A stretch of DNA of 64,000 bases from the NCBI RefSeq assembly GCF_035084215.1, contig NC_090362.1, positions 12,710,001 through 12,774,000 of the forward strand, given 5' to 3'. Shown in pieces: positions 41,960 through 52,439 of this stretch. How positions within the stretch are numbered: the stretch's first letter is position 1; each line of letters starts with the position of its first letter. A model generated the notes under the pieces. That model saw only the letters and a list, made by a program, of their open reading frames with translations, was not told the origin of the DNA and ran no database searches. The stretch is from Heptranchias perlo. Its lineage: Eukaryota. The position numbers were made by a program, and so were the translations under genes.

Positions 41960-42151
41960 TGCCGGCGTTTTGCCGGGCGAGGACCCGCGGTCGTGAAGAT
42001 GCCGCCGCTCCGCTTTACGGCAGCCGTTGCGCGCAGCGTTTGTTGTGCGCGGCAATATGAAGCTGCGATCTCCGTTGTAGCGGAGCCTGTGGCCGGGCCG
42101 GGCCAGGCCAGGGTTGGGTTGGGCCGGGCCTCGGCGGTTTTCAGCAGTCAG
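41960..42151 (+). other. SENP8: Putative non-coding exon 1 of SENP8 (TSS approximate)
   Basis: Donor CAG|GTAATA at 42151/42152 at the island edge; matching acceptor ttgtttgcag|GAACAGCATG at 45853/45854. Confidence 0.55.
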
Positions 42152-42279
42152 GTAATAGCGAATGCGGGAGTTAGTTGCCTGACTTTATTTATTCTTCATC
42201 TGGGCAATAATGTGACTGATTCTTCGATGGGGAACTCGTGCCGCTGGAGCCGCTTCAGCAGTCGGATGATGTTCCAGAC

Positions 42280-42620
42280 ATCAATCGTACCGCTGGAGGC
42301 GGGGCTGTTCTTGACACAACTGTCAATCATATTGCGAGAGGCGGGGCTGTACTCTTGTCGCTGAACTGTCAATCATACTGCGAGAGGCGGGGCTGTGTTG
42401 TCGCTGAACTGTCAATCATACTGCGAGAGGCGGGGCTGTGTTCTTGTCGCTGAACTGTCAATCATACTGCGAGAGGCGGGGCTGTACTCGTGTCACTGAA
42501 CTGTCAATCATACAGCGAGAGGCGGGGCTGTGCTCGTCACTGAACTGTCAATCATACAGCGAGAGGCGGGGCTGTGCTCGTCACTGAACTGTCAATCATA
42601 CTGCGAGAGGCGGGGCTGTG
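42280..42620. repeat. 43-46-bp minisatellite, ~7.5 copies
   Basis: Core ctgaactgtcaatcatactgcgagaggcggggctgt; CTGTCAATCA at 42320, 42366, 42409, 42455, 42501, 42545, 42589. Confidence 0.95.
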
Positions 42621-42727
42621 ATCGTACCGGGGACGAGCCATGCTCATTTTGAGCTGTCAGTCACATCCTCGGGGGTGGGACATATGCTAATTAGCTGTCA
42701 ATCATGCCGCAATGATAGGTCAGTTTT

Positions 42728-43122
42728 CGGGAAGCTGGGGTTGTTCTTTTTAGAGCAGAGAAGGATAAGGGGAGATTTAAACGAGGTCTTCAAAATAATG
42801 AAGAGTATTGGTAGAGTATATAAGGAGAAACTGTTTCCATTGGCAAAGGACACAGATTTCAGATAATTTGGCAAAAGGACCAGAGGCGAGATGAGAATTA
42901 TTTTTGCACAATGAGTTGTTATGATCTGGAATGCACTGCCTCAAAGGGCAGTGGAAACAGATTTAATGGTAACTTTCAAAAAATGAATTGGAAATATACT
43001 TGAAAAGGAAAAATTTACAGGGCTATGGGGAAAGAGCAAGGGGAGTGGGACTAATTGGACAGCTCTTTCAAAGAGCCAGCACAGGCATGATGGGCCGAAT
43101 GGTCTCCTATGCTGTATGATTC
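42728..43122 (+). mobile_element. CR1 LINE 3' fragment
   Basis: KLGLFFLEQRRIRGDLNEVFKIMK and 3'UTR. Confidence 0.88.
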
Positions 43123-43361
43123 GATAATGTTGAAATATATGGAAAGAAGACTTGCATTTATATAGCACCTTTCATGACCTCAGGACATCCCAAATCACTT
43201 TAAAGCCAATTAAGTACTTTTGAAGTGTGGCCACTGTTATAATGTAGAAAATGCAGCAAACAGAAAGTAATATGCTTGAGTACCTTGAGTGCTGTGTCCA
43301 TTTCTGACACCCAGACGTAAGGGAGACATTCAAGCATTGGAGGCTGTGCATAGAGAAACCG

Positions 43362-45362
43362 TAGAATCATAGAAATTTGTGGCACAGAAGGAGGCCATTC
43401 GGCCCATCGAGTCTGTGCCTGCCGAAAAAGAGCTGTCCAGCCTAATCCCACTTTCCAGCTCTTGGTCCGTAGCCTTGTAGGTTACAGCACTTCAAGTGCA
43501 CATCCAAGTACCCTTTAAATGTGATGAGGGTTTCTGCCTCTACCACCCTCCCAGGCAGTGAGTTCCAGACCCCTACCACCCTCTGGCTGAAAAAAAATTT
43601 CTTCAGCTCCCCTCTAATCCTTCTACCAGTTACTTTAAATCTGTGCCCCCTGGTTATTGACCCCTCTGCTAAGGGAACTAGGTCCTTCCTATCCACTCTG
43701 TCTAGGCCCCTCATAATTTTATGCACCTCAATTAAATCTCCCCTCAGCCTCCTCTGTTCCAAAGAAAACAACCTCAGCCTATCCAATCTTTCCTCATAGC
43801 TAAAATTCTTCAGTCCTGACAACATCCTCGTAAATCTCCTCTGCACCCTCTCTAGTGCAATCACATCCTTCCTGTAATGTGGTGACCAGAACTGTACACA
43901 GTACTCAAGCTGTAGCATAACTAGTGCTTTATACAGTTCTAGCATAACCTCCCTGCACTTATATTCTATGCCTCGGCTAAGAAAGGAAAGTATCCCATAT
44001 GACATCTTAACCACTTTATCTACCTGTCCTGATTCTTCAGGAATCTGTGCACATGCACTCCAAGGTCCTTCTGTTCCTCTATAGTTCTCAGTATCCTCCC
44101 ATTTATTGTGTATTCCCTTGCCTTTTTCCCCAAATGCATTACCTCACACTTCTCCGGATTGAATTCCATTTGCCACTTTTCTGCCCACCTGTCAAGTCCA
44201 TTGACATCTTCCTGCAGACTACAGCTTTCCTCCTCGTTATCAACCACACGGCCAATTTTTGTATCATCTGCAAACTTCTTAATCATGCCCCCTACATTTA
44301 AGTCTTAATCATTTACTTATACCACAAAAAGCAAGGGACCGAGTACTGAGCCCTGCGGAACTCCACTGGAAACAGCCTTCCAGTCACAAAAAAACTCGTC
44401 AACCATCTCCCTTTGCTTCCTGCCACTGAACCAATTTTGGATCCAACTTGCCACTTTCCCTTGGATCCCATGGCCTTTTACTTTTCTGACCAGTCTGCCA
44501 TGTGGGACCTTGTCAAAAGCCTTGCTAAAATCCATGTAGCCTACATCAAACGCATTACCCTCATCGACCCCCCCCCACCTTGTTACCTCCTCAAAAAATT
44601 CAATCAAGTTAGTCAGACACGACCTTCCCTTAACAAATCCCTGCTGATTGACCTTGATTAACCCATGCCTTTCTAAATGACTATTTATGCTGTCCCTCAG
44701 AATTTTTTTCAATAATTTGCCCACCACCGAGGTTAGGCTGACTGGCCTGTAATTACTTGGTCTATCCCTTTCTCCCTTCTTAAACAACGGTACAAGGTTA
44801 GCAGTCCTCCCGTCCTCCGGCACCGCGCATGTAGCCAGAGAAGCTTGGAAAATGATGGTCAGAATCTCCGCTATTTCCTTCCATGCTTCTCTTAACAGCC
44901 TGGGATACATTTCATCCGGGCCTGGCAATTCCAAAGATGCTAAACCCCTTAAATACTTCCTCTCTCATGTTGTTTATCCCATCCAATATTTCATACTCCT
45001 CCTCCTCCTTAACTACAATATCTGCACTATCTCCCTCTTTCGTGAAGACAGACGCAAAGTATTCATTAAGAACCATACCCACGTCTTCTGCCTCCACACG
45101 CAGGTTACCTTTTTGGTCTCTAATAGGCCCTATTCTTTTCTCAGTTATCCTCTTGCTCTTTATGTATTTATAAAACACCTTTGGGTTTTCCTTGATTTTA
45201 CTTGCCAGTATTTTTTCACGCCCCCTCTTTGCTTTCCTAATTTCATTTTTAATTTCACCCCTGCACTTACTATACTCCTCTAGGCTTTCTGCAGTATTGA
45301 GCTCTCACTATCTGACATAAGATTCCCTTTTTTTGCCTTATCCTACCCTGTATGCTCCTTGC
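43362..45362 (-). mobile_element. ~2-kb CR1 LINE, 5'-truncated and frameshifted, antisense in SENP8 intron 1
   Basis: ORF pieces PGPDEMYPRLL, NYRPVSLTSVVGK, DFSKAFDKVPH, GVPQGSVLGP, FADDTK. Confidence 0.96.
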
Positions 45363-45399
45363 CATGAGGCTGATCACTTCTGTCAGAGGTCTGAGAAAG

Positions 45400-45765
45400 T
45401 TTGAAGCAATTTGGGCTTTTCAACCTTGAAAGGAGACATCTCAGAGATGATCTGAAAGAAACATGTAAGAGAGTTGATGGGATGACAAAGTAAATTTGGA
45501 AAATGACATTCAAAGTAAATTGCACGAGTAGGATAAAGGCACAGGTTCAAACTAACAAAAGGCAAATTTAGACCCTAACAGCAGGAAGTTCTTACACAAT
45601 GAGTGATCAAACATGGAATGGACTTCCAGTTAAAGTAGTGGAGGTGAAAACCCTGGATTCATTTTAGAACCAATTGGATGCTGCAATGGGGGAACTTTAG
45701 AGTCTTTCTGGATGGATGAACAAAGATGGGCTGAATGGCCTTCCTCATCTGTAATGATCTTGTGT
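45400..45765 (+). mobile_element. Degenerate CR1 3' end just upstream of SENP8 exon 2
   Basis: ttgggcttttcaaccttgaaaggaga...gatgggctgaatggccttcctcatctgtaatg. Confidence 0.75.
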
Positions 45766-45860
45766 AATTTGCCAAGCATCTTAGGCCTGACATTACGTAT
45801 ATAGGCTGTGGTTAAATATGGTGAAGTATCTAAAATACCTTCTTTGTTTGCAGGAACAGC

Positions 45861-46496
45861 ATGGACCCAGTGTTACTGAGCTACCATGACAGTCTAATAC
45901 GCCGTTCTGACCTCTCACTCCTCAACCCACCCAACTGGCTCAATGACAATATCATAGGGTTTGCCTTTGAGTACTTTGCCACTGAGCAGTACAAGGAGCT
46001 GTCGGACGAAGCCTGTTTCATCAGCCCCGAAGTTACTCAATTTATTAAGTGCACGGCCAGCCAGGAGGAGCTGGCCATCTTCCTGGAACCACTAGCACTG
46101 GCCCAGAAGAACTTGGTCTTCCTGGCAGTCAATGACAATTCGGTGCAGGCGGCCGGAGGATCTCATTGGAGCCTGCTGTTCTACAGCAGAGACAAGAACT
46201 GCTTCAGTCACTACGATTCCTGCAGCAATATGAATGCAAGCCATGCTCGGCAGATAACCGCAAAGCTCCAACGTTTCCTGGGAACCAAATCCGAAGTGCC
46301 TTTCGTCGAGGAGTCAGCGCCAGTCCAGAAGAACAGCTACGATTGCGGGATGTACGTGATGTGCAACACAGAGGCTTTATGCGAGCAGTACCTCAGGGGG
46401 GACCAGAGGCCGCTGCTGCTGGTCGTCACCCCAGCCTACATCACCCAGAAGAGAGCCAGCTGGAAAAAACTGATCGAACAGTTGTCGAAGAAATGA
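45861..46496 (+). CDS. SENP8: NEDD8-specific protease 1 (sentrin-specific protease 8, DEN1/NEDP1), complete single-exon CDS, 211 aa
   Basis: MDPVLLSYHDSL...WLNDNIIGFAFEY; Ulp1/C48 catalytic motifs GSHWSLL (His), HYDS (Asp), QKNSYDCGMYV (Gln/Cys). Confidence 0.97.
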   Translation: MDPVLLSYHDSLIRRSDLSLLNPPNWLNDNIIGFAFEYFATEQYKELSDEACFISPEVTQFIKCTASQEELAIFLEPLALAQKNLVFLAVNDNSVQAAGGSHWSLLFYSRDKNCFSHYDSCSNMNASHARQITAKLQRFLGTKSEVPFVEESAPVQKNSYDCGMYVMCNTEALCEQYLRGDQRPLLLVVTPAYITQKRASWKKLIEQLSKK

Positions 46497-47711
46497 TTCG
46501 TTCTGCGTGACTGTCTTTAGTAAATCAGCACCTTAGTTGCTGATGAGTTAGCTGGCTGTGTTGAGATTGGCCTTATTTTTGTTGAAGAAGAAATCACCGT
46601 TGCAGGGTTCGGATACTTTTCCAGCCAGGAGTATAACGGATGGATGGGCTTTGCATGTTGTAAGACATGATGCTTGTAAGGATGCTAGGGAATCTCTTTC
46701 CCCCTCCCCTCCCCCACTCCCCAGGGCTTTTTGTTGATGCAGCTTGGAGATGTGGTCACTGTAGTTCTTGTTACAATCCATTATGACCTTCTGGAACATG
46801 CCCGAAGCATAACGTCTTACACAAAACCATTTGGTCACTGTCTTCTTTGCTGTTTGGTGCATGGGGGAGGGGGGAAATTGATGGCATCATATTCATTAAA
46901 GTGCATTTTAAATGAGTATCCCGTTATTTGACAGCATGTTATGGTGCTGTGCATCCCTTACGTTCACCTGTCACTGAATTACACTCTTAAGTGGAATTAA
47001 TCTGACTTGGTGTTCCATTTTGTTTGTTTTTCTTGTTTGTTTTTCTTGAATCTGAAAACTTTGTATGACTTAATACAACAATAGAAACTGAGTTAACAAA
47101 AGATCTGTATTGCATTAATCTTTTTGTTCTTGAACTATGTACCCTCACTGAATTAAGACACACTGCATCACCTCCTGCTTTAACTCATTCTTTCCCAGGT
47201 CCTAAAACCGATGGAACTCTTCATCTCCCTTGGTCGTCCCGATCTCCTACAATCCACATGCCTTTAAAACCCCAAAATTGGTGTCATCTGATAGTTTCCT
47301 GATTTATCTTGTCTTCTCTCTATTTTTCTCCGTGTTGGTGGTATCCTGCACTACGGGCCATGGCCCTTCGCCCCCTGAGTTTCTCAGTAAAACAAATTGT
47401 TTCCATTTTTCGGTTATGGTGAGATTGGGACCAACATTGTGATTGATTGAGTAGCCGTTATAACGCTCCGATGGACTCTTGGATTGGCTTGGTTCCATCT
47501 CGGAATCTCTAAACTGCATTGACCACGTGATTTTCCTTGTCCAGTTTTCTTCCCCCTCTTCTGAAGCTGTGACTCTTGTTGGCTGTAATTCCATAGGGAC
47601 CAGCAGCCATTCGATATCTTGCTGGAGTGGCCAATCTTGTGTGAGGTTTGACCTTGGAAGGCATCGTAGCTGAGCCCGATCCTGCTCTTACCCACTTTCC
47701 AGCAGGGTTCA

Positions 47712-47885
47712 CTGCCTGCTCCGCCATTCAATAAAATCATGGCTGATCTTCAACTTCAACTCCACTTTCCCGCCTGATCCCCATGTCCCTTGATTCCCCT
47801 AGAGTCCAAAAATCTATATCTCGGCCTTGAATATACTCAACGATTGAGCATCCACAGCCCTCTGGGGTAGAGAATTCCAAATAAT
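47712..47885 (-). mobile_element. CR1 LINE 3' end fragment
   Basis: Reverse of the 15.6-15.75 kb sequence (gatgctcaatcgttgagtatattcaagg). Confidence 0.85.
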
Positions 47886-47889
47886 CACG

Positions 47890-48095
47890 TCTGAGGGAGT
47901 GCTGCACTGTCGGAGGTGCCGTCTTTCGGCTGAGACGTTAATCTGAGGCCCAGTCTGCCCTCAGCTGGATGTAAAGGATTCCACGGCACTATTTGAAGAA
48001 GACTATGCCCTGGCCAACATTCCTCCCTCAACCAACATCAAAAATCAGATTAACTGGCCATTCATCTAATTTGCTGTTTCTGGGACTTTGCTGTT
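47890..48095 (+). mobile_element. Deu-domain SINE, internal fragment
   Basis: gagggagtgctgcactgtcggaggtgccgtctttcggctgagacgttaa. Confidence 0.8.
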
Positions 48096-48621
48096 TATCC
48101 ACAAAACATCAGTTTCATTAATTGCATCCTGTATCTCCACTGCTCAGTCTATTTTAATGTTGATGACAAATTTTATACAATTTCATTCAACATCCGGATC
48201 ATTGATGTAGATTAGAAAAGCAAGGGTCCGTACACCACACCCTCTGGAACCCTACCCAGTACCTCCCAGATTCATAATACCCCCTGTCTCATATTTATTA
48301 ATCAACTTCTTATCCAGTCACATATTCTACCCTTGGATTTCCATGGGTACAGTTTAATTAGGAACTTTCATGTGGAACTTTTTCAAAAGCTTTCTGAAAG
48401 TTAAAATAAATTATGTCAGTGGGAGTCGCATTGTCTTTTTGTAACATGCTCTTGTGTGTATACACAAAATACTGCTTTGTGCGGGTGATTTCAAGACGTG
48501 CTTTTGTTCTTTTTCAATTTCTTGTTCCGATTTTCACCCCTCCTCCCCCCCTGAAGGTATATGAGTTCCGCAGACACCAGCCACCCTCAGTTACCTCAGG
48601 CAGGTGACCATTCTTCATGGT

Positions 48622-49011
48622 GCATTGTTCATTAGAACAACGCAGATTACAGGGCAATATTCTGGAAGTGTTTAATATTATGAAAGGACGAGACAGGGTA
48701 GATAGAAGCAGACTGTTTCCAGTAGTTGAGGGGTCTAGACCGAGGGGCCATTGATACAAGATTAAATGTAAGAGATTTGGAACAGAGAGCAGGAGAAACT
48801 TCTTCACACAGAGAGTTGTGAGGCTGTGGAATTCACTTCCAGGATTAGTGGTTGAGGCAGAAACATTCAAGATTAGATTGCTTAGGTGGATGAAGGAATA
48901 TGGGAACTGGGCGGGTAAATGTATTAAGGATTATTTGCCCATGTGGAGGATAAACGCTGACAAGGACTGGTCAGGCCGAAAAGCCTGTTTCCATGATGTA
49001 GCTTCTATGTA
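48622..49011 (+). mobile_element. CR1 LINE 3' fragment nested in an older SINE
   Basis: FFTQRVVRLWNSLPG; tail ttctatgta. Confidence 0.88.
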
Positions 49012-50254
49012 TGTGAGCCTAGACAATGAGAGGGCATTGAAGTCAAAGGAGAGGAATGTTGGGCGGGGTGCAATACCACCTGATCCCGTGGGTTTCCCGT
49101 CCTGCGAGTTAGGTTAAAATTACCCCCTTGAGTGTCAGCAGCCTTATTGTTTGCAGAGGCCTCACTGATATCCAGTCAAGTGCACTTTCCAGCAGGGGCC
49201 ATTGGATGGCGACCAAGAGCAGAAACTCTGGCTGATTTCCCCTTCCCTCACTGAGTTGTGCTGTGCCCAATTGCGAGATGCATTGACTCACAGATCCAAC
49301 AAGAGGAGCTGTTCTCTATATAATCACTGCTGTTCAGTTTCAGTCATTTTAAATCTGAACGCTCTCAGTGGGGCCTTGAGCTTAATGCAGTTGTAAAACT
49401 AATCTATTGATTGCCGATTAAACCAAGTTTTAAAGATTTTTTTTTTCTGTCTTGAGAAAATGTTCCCAATTAATGTGACCTTTTAATAATGAAGATCTCG
49501 TTCCTCCCAAGCTCTAAATACTGTACACTGCCCAGTGCATCCTCACTGTATTAAACTCACGACGCATCACATCATCTCCTGCTCTAACTGAATCTTTCCC
49601 AAGACCTGGAAAGTGTACCTCCCTCAGTCTGCCCTGCCTCCTGCAATTTACAGCATTTAAATTACAAGCTTGATGTCAGCTAATCATTACTTCTTGATTT
49701 ACCCTCATCTTCGCTCCTACTTTTTCCAACCTTAGCGGTGTTCTTGGCGGTTCGCCTACGTCTCTCAATTTTTTAAAAATCCGAATGAAAACAGCAGGAG
49801 GTCTCATCATCAAAGATAATGTTCAACCAAACTTGTACTATACAAATGACCCAGTAAAGTTATCCAATTTGTTGCTGAGTCTTACAGAACAAGAAGATGC
49901 CAGATTCAGTCTCCGGTCCGTGCTGAATTAAGTGATCACAGCAGGGGGTTTACACCTTTGTCATGGGAAGAGGAATTTCATACCAATATGATAACAAGTT
50001 CATTCCCAATATGCACAATGCAATTTTAATCCAGCAACCTGCAGATCTTGCTGTCAAACTGATTTGTCAAGTGTGCAGTTCTGAGTACCTCGCAGGAAAG
50101 AGTGGAGAAGCAGCACTGTGGATGGGAGAAACCCTCCCAAAATGTTTTTGATGCGTTTAACTTGCATTGTGGCAGCCCCGACATTAGCAGCAAGGGCTGT
50201 ATCCGAACCACACTCGGCCCATGAGCCCTGGCAGTCCGACCCAAGAACGGGAGA

Positions 50255-50643
50255 GGTTTAAGGAGGGAATTCCAGAGCTGAAGGCACTGCCGCCAATGGT
50301 GGAGCGAAGGAAATCAGGAATGGGCAAGAGGTCAGAATTGGAGGAGTGCAGAAATCTTGGAGGGTTGTAAGGGGTTACAGAGATAGGGAGGGGTGAGGCC
50401 ATGGAGGGACTTGAAAGCAAGGATAAGAATTTTTAAAATTGAGGCACTGCCAGACCAGGAGCCAATGTAGGTCAGCGAGCACAGGGGTGATGGGTGAACG
50501 GGACTTGGTGCGAGTTAGCATAAGGGCAGCAGAGTTTTGGATGAGCTCAAGTTTACGGAGGGTGCAAGGTGGGAGGGCCGGCTAGGAGAGCATTGGAATA
50601 GTCAAGTCTAGAGGTAACAAAGGCATGGATGAGGGTTTCAGCA
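50255..50643 (-). mobile_element. L2-clade LINE ORF2 C-terminal fragment
   Basis: Manual translation AETLIHAFVTSRLDYSNALLAG...KLELIQNSAA...PITPVLADLHWL. Confidence 0.85.
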
Positions 50644-51539
50644 CCAGAAAATGTATGCCCCTCTTTCCCCCTCCTCACCCCCACAGCTATTTGTACCTGT
50701 GACCCAGGTATCAGCTGCTGCATGGCCAGTGCCCAAGGGAGAGCAGTGAGCAGGCCAACCAGGCAGCATCATGAATTATATTGTCAACGTCAATTCCCCT
50801 TCGCACCTACAAATTCATCTCGTAGAGTCTTTCCCGGTCGGCATAAACACTCTCCTTCAATGAAATAAAGTCCCCCTGAAAAATATTCACACTGACCCTA
50901 AGCCCAATATTAACCCTCTGCCCAACCCCAAGGGGAAGACAGAGAGCCCCTCTGAAACTGACTCTGAGCGCATCCATCATTCTCCTCAAGGTAACTCCCT
51001 TTAAAAAATAGTTCACCTAAACAAAAGGAGGCAAGTTTCGACAGAGGAAGGAGTGGCAATCTGGCCAAGGAGCAGTGCCAAAATGGGGAGGAAAGGTAAG
51101 CTTTTGGCTTTCCCTCTCTATCTCTCCCTCTGTCTCTCTGGAAAAAAGACAGTCCGCAGGAGGTTTTGGGACTGGACCAGTAAGAGAGGCGGGGGTCTCG
51201 CTTTCTAAGTGAATACCAATCAGCAACAACGATTTTTAATGTCAGGTAAGACAATTTAATGCATAAATTTTGTGTAATTCATTATTTTTTACAAGATGAG
51301 GAGTGAAAGGAAATGGATAAAACTTGCTCTGAAAACAATATCCTGTTCATTTGTGCATTTCATATAAAATAATCCAAATAAAACAATTTTTTGGTTTATA
51401 ATTGGACTTGTCCTCTCTGTCAGATCACAGTACATAGAACCCAAAACAACGGGTCCACTGATACAATCCCCAGACATCCTATTGTTTTAACTAAATATTG
51501 GACAGTAAAAGTATACTCCTGATCATAAGGGATAAAGAA

Positions 51540-52002
51540 AAGAAAGAACTTGCATTTATGTAGCACTTTCACGACCTTAGGACATTCCAAAGCGCTTTAC
51601 AGCTAATTAAATTTTTTTTTTGAAGTGTAGTCACTGCTGTAATGTAGGAAACGTGGCAGCCAATTTGCTCACAGCAAAGTCTCACAAACAGCAATGAGAC
51701 AAATGACCAGATAATCTGTTTTTTAGTGATGTCGGTTGAGGGATAAATATTGGCCAGGACACCAGGGAGAACTCCCCTGTTCTTCTTTGAATAGTGCCAT
51801 GGGATCTTTTATGACCACCTGAGAGGGCAGACAGGGCCTCGGTTTAACATCTCATCCGAAAGATACCACCTCCAACGGTGCAGCACTCCCTCAGTACTTC
51901 ACTGGGAGTGTCGCCCAGATTACGTACTCAGGTCTCTGGAGTGGGGCTTGAATCTGTAACCTTCTGACTCAGAGGTGAGAGTGCTACCAACTGAGCCACA
52001 GC
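51540..52002 (-). mobile_element. Near full-length tRNA-derived Deu-domain SINE (SacSINE1-like)
   Basis: Minus-strand head gctgtggctcagttggtagcac (A box) ... gattcaagccc (B box); Deu-like core tctttcggatgagatgttaaaccgaggccc...aaaagatcccatggcactatt; tail taaatgcaagttcttt. Confidence 0.85.
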
Positions 52003-52061
52003 GATCTGGAGAAAATAATATATAAAATAGGTCTGAAGAACTACAAAGAACATAAGATATT

Positions 52062-52426
52062 TATAACCACTACTCCCATTTTTTCAGGTAGCAGGTGCTG
52101 GTTCTGATGTTGCCATTTACAGCTCCTCTAGACCCATCTTTTGTTTCGTTACTTGTCCCATTACTACCCTCCTTGCCTTGCACCATCATCCCTTTTGTCA
52201 TTTAATCACTCCTGCCCTCCACCCTATCACAGACCTTCCCTGGCTCTTTACTTGCTTAAAAACTGTTAAATCTTTCACCTTTTCCAGCTCTGCGGAAGGG
52301 TCATCGACCTGAAACGTTAACTCTGTTTCTTTCTCCACAGATGCTGCCTCCCTTGCTGAGTATTTCCAGCATTTTTTTAAAAAAAAATTATTCCAGATTT
52401 CCAGCAGCCGCAGTATTTTGCTTTTG
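52062..52426 (+). mobile_element. Penelope-like element 3' fragment with 10-bp TSD
   Basis: ataagatatt at 52052-52061 and 52427-52436; contains ctgcggaagggtcatcgacctgaaacgttaact and the tail ccacagatgctgcc...gctgagtatttccagcatttt...cagtattttgctttt. Confidence 0.7.
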
Positions 52427-52439
52427 ATAAGATATTAAT

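Larger units (their letters stand above)
41370..42300. promoter_or_regulatory. CpG-island bidirectional promoter of MYO9A and SENP8
   Basis: Very GC/CpG-rich. Two NRF1-type GCGCATGCGC (41839-41848, 41906-41915), GC box GGGCGGGGC (41881), palindrome GATTGCAATC (41859-41868), ETS-type CTTCCG cores; no obvious TATA box. Confidence 0.85.

Noticed and set aside
41610-42364. Arg/Ala/Pro-rich ORFs in the CpG island
   Set aside because: Stop-poor GC-rich DNA; both neighbouring genes have their start codons in exon 2.
42280-42620. Conserved repeat with variable linkers resembling CRISPR
   Set aside because: Linkers are 6-10-nt variants of each other, not unique spacers.
46166-46510. 114-aa alternative-frame ORF overlapping SENP8
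   Set aside because: Non-ATG start and no recognisable homology; expected by-product of GC-rich codon usage.
51930-52002. tRNA gene
   Set aside because: tRNA-derived SINE head continuous with the Deu body; no complete cloverleaf evident.
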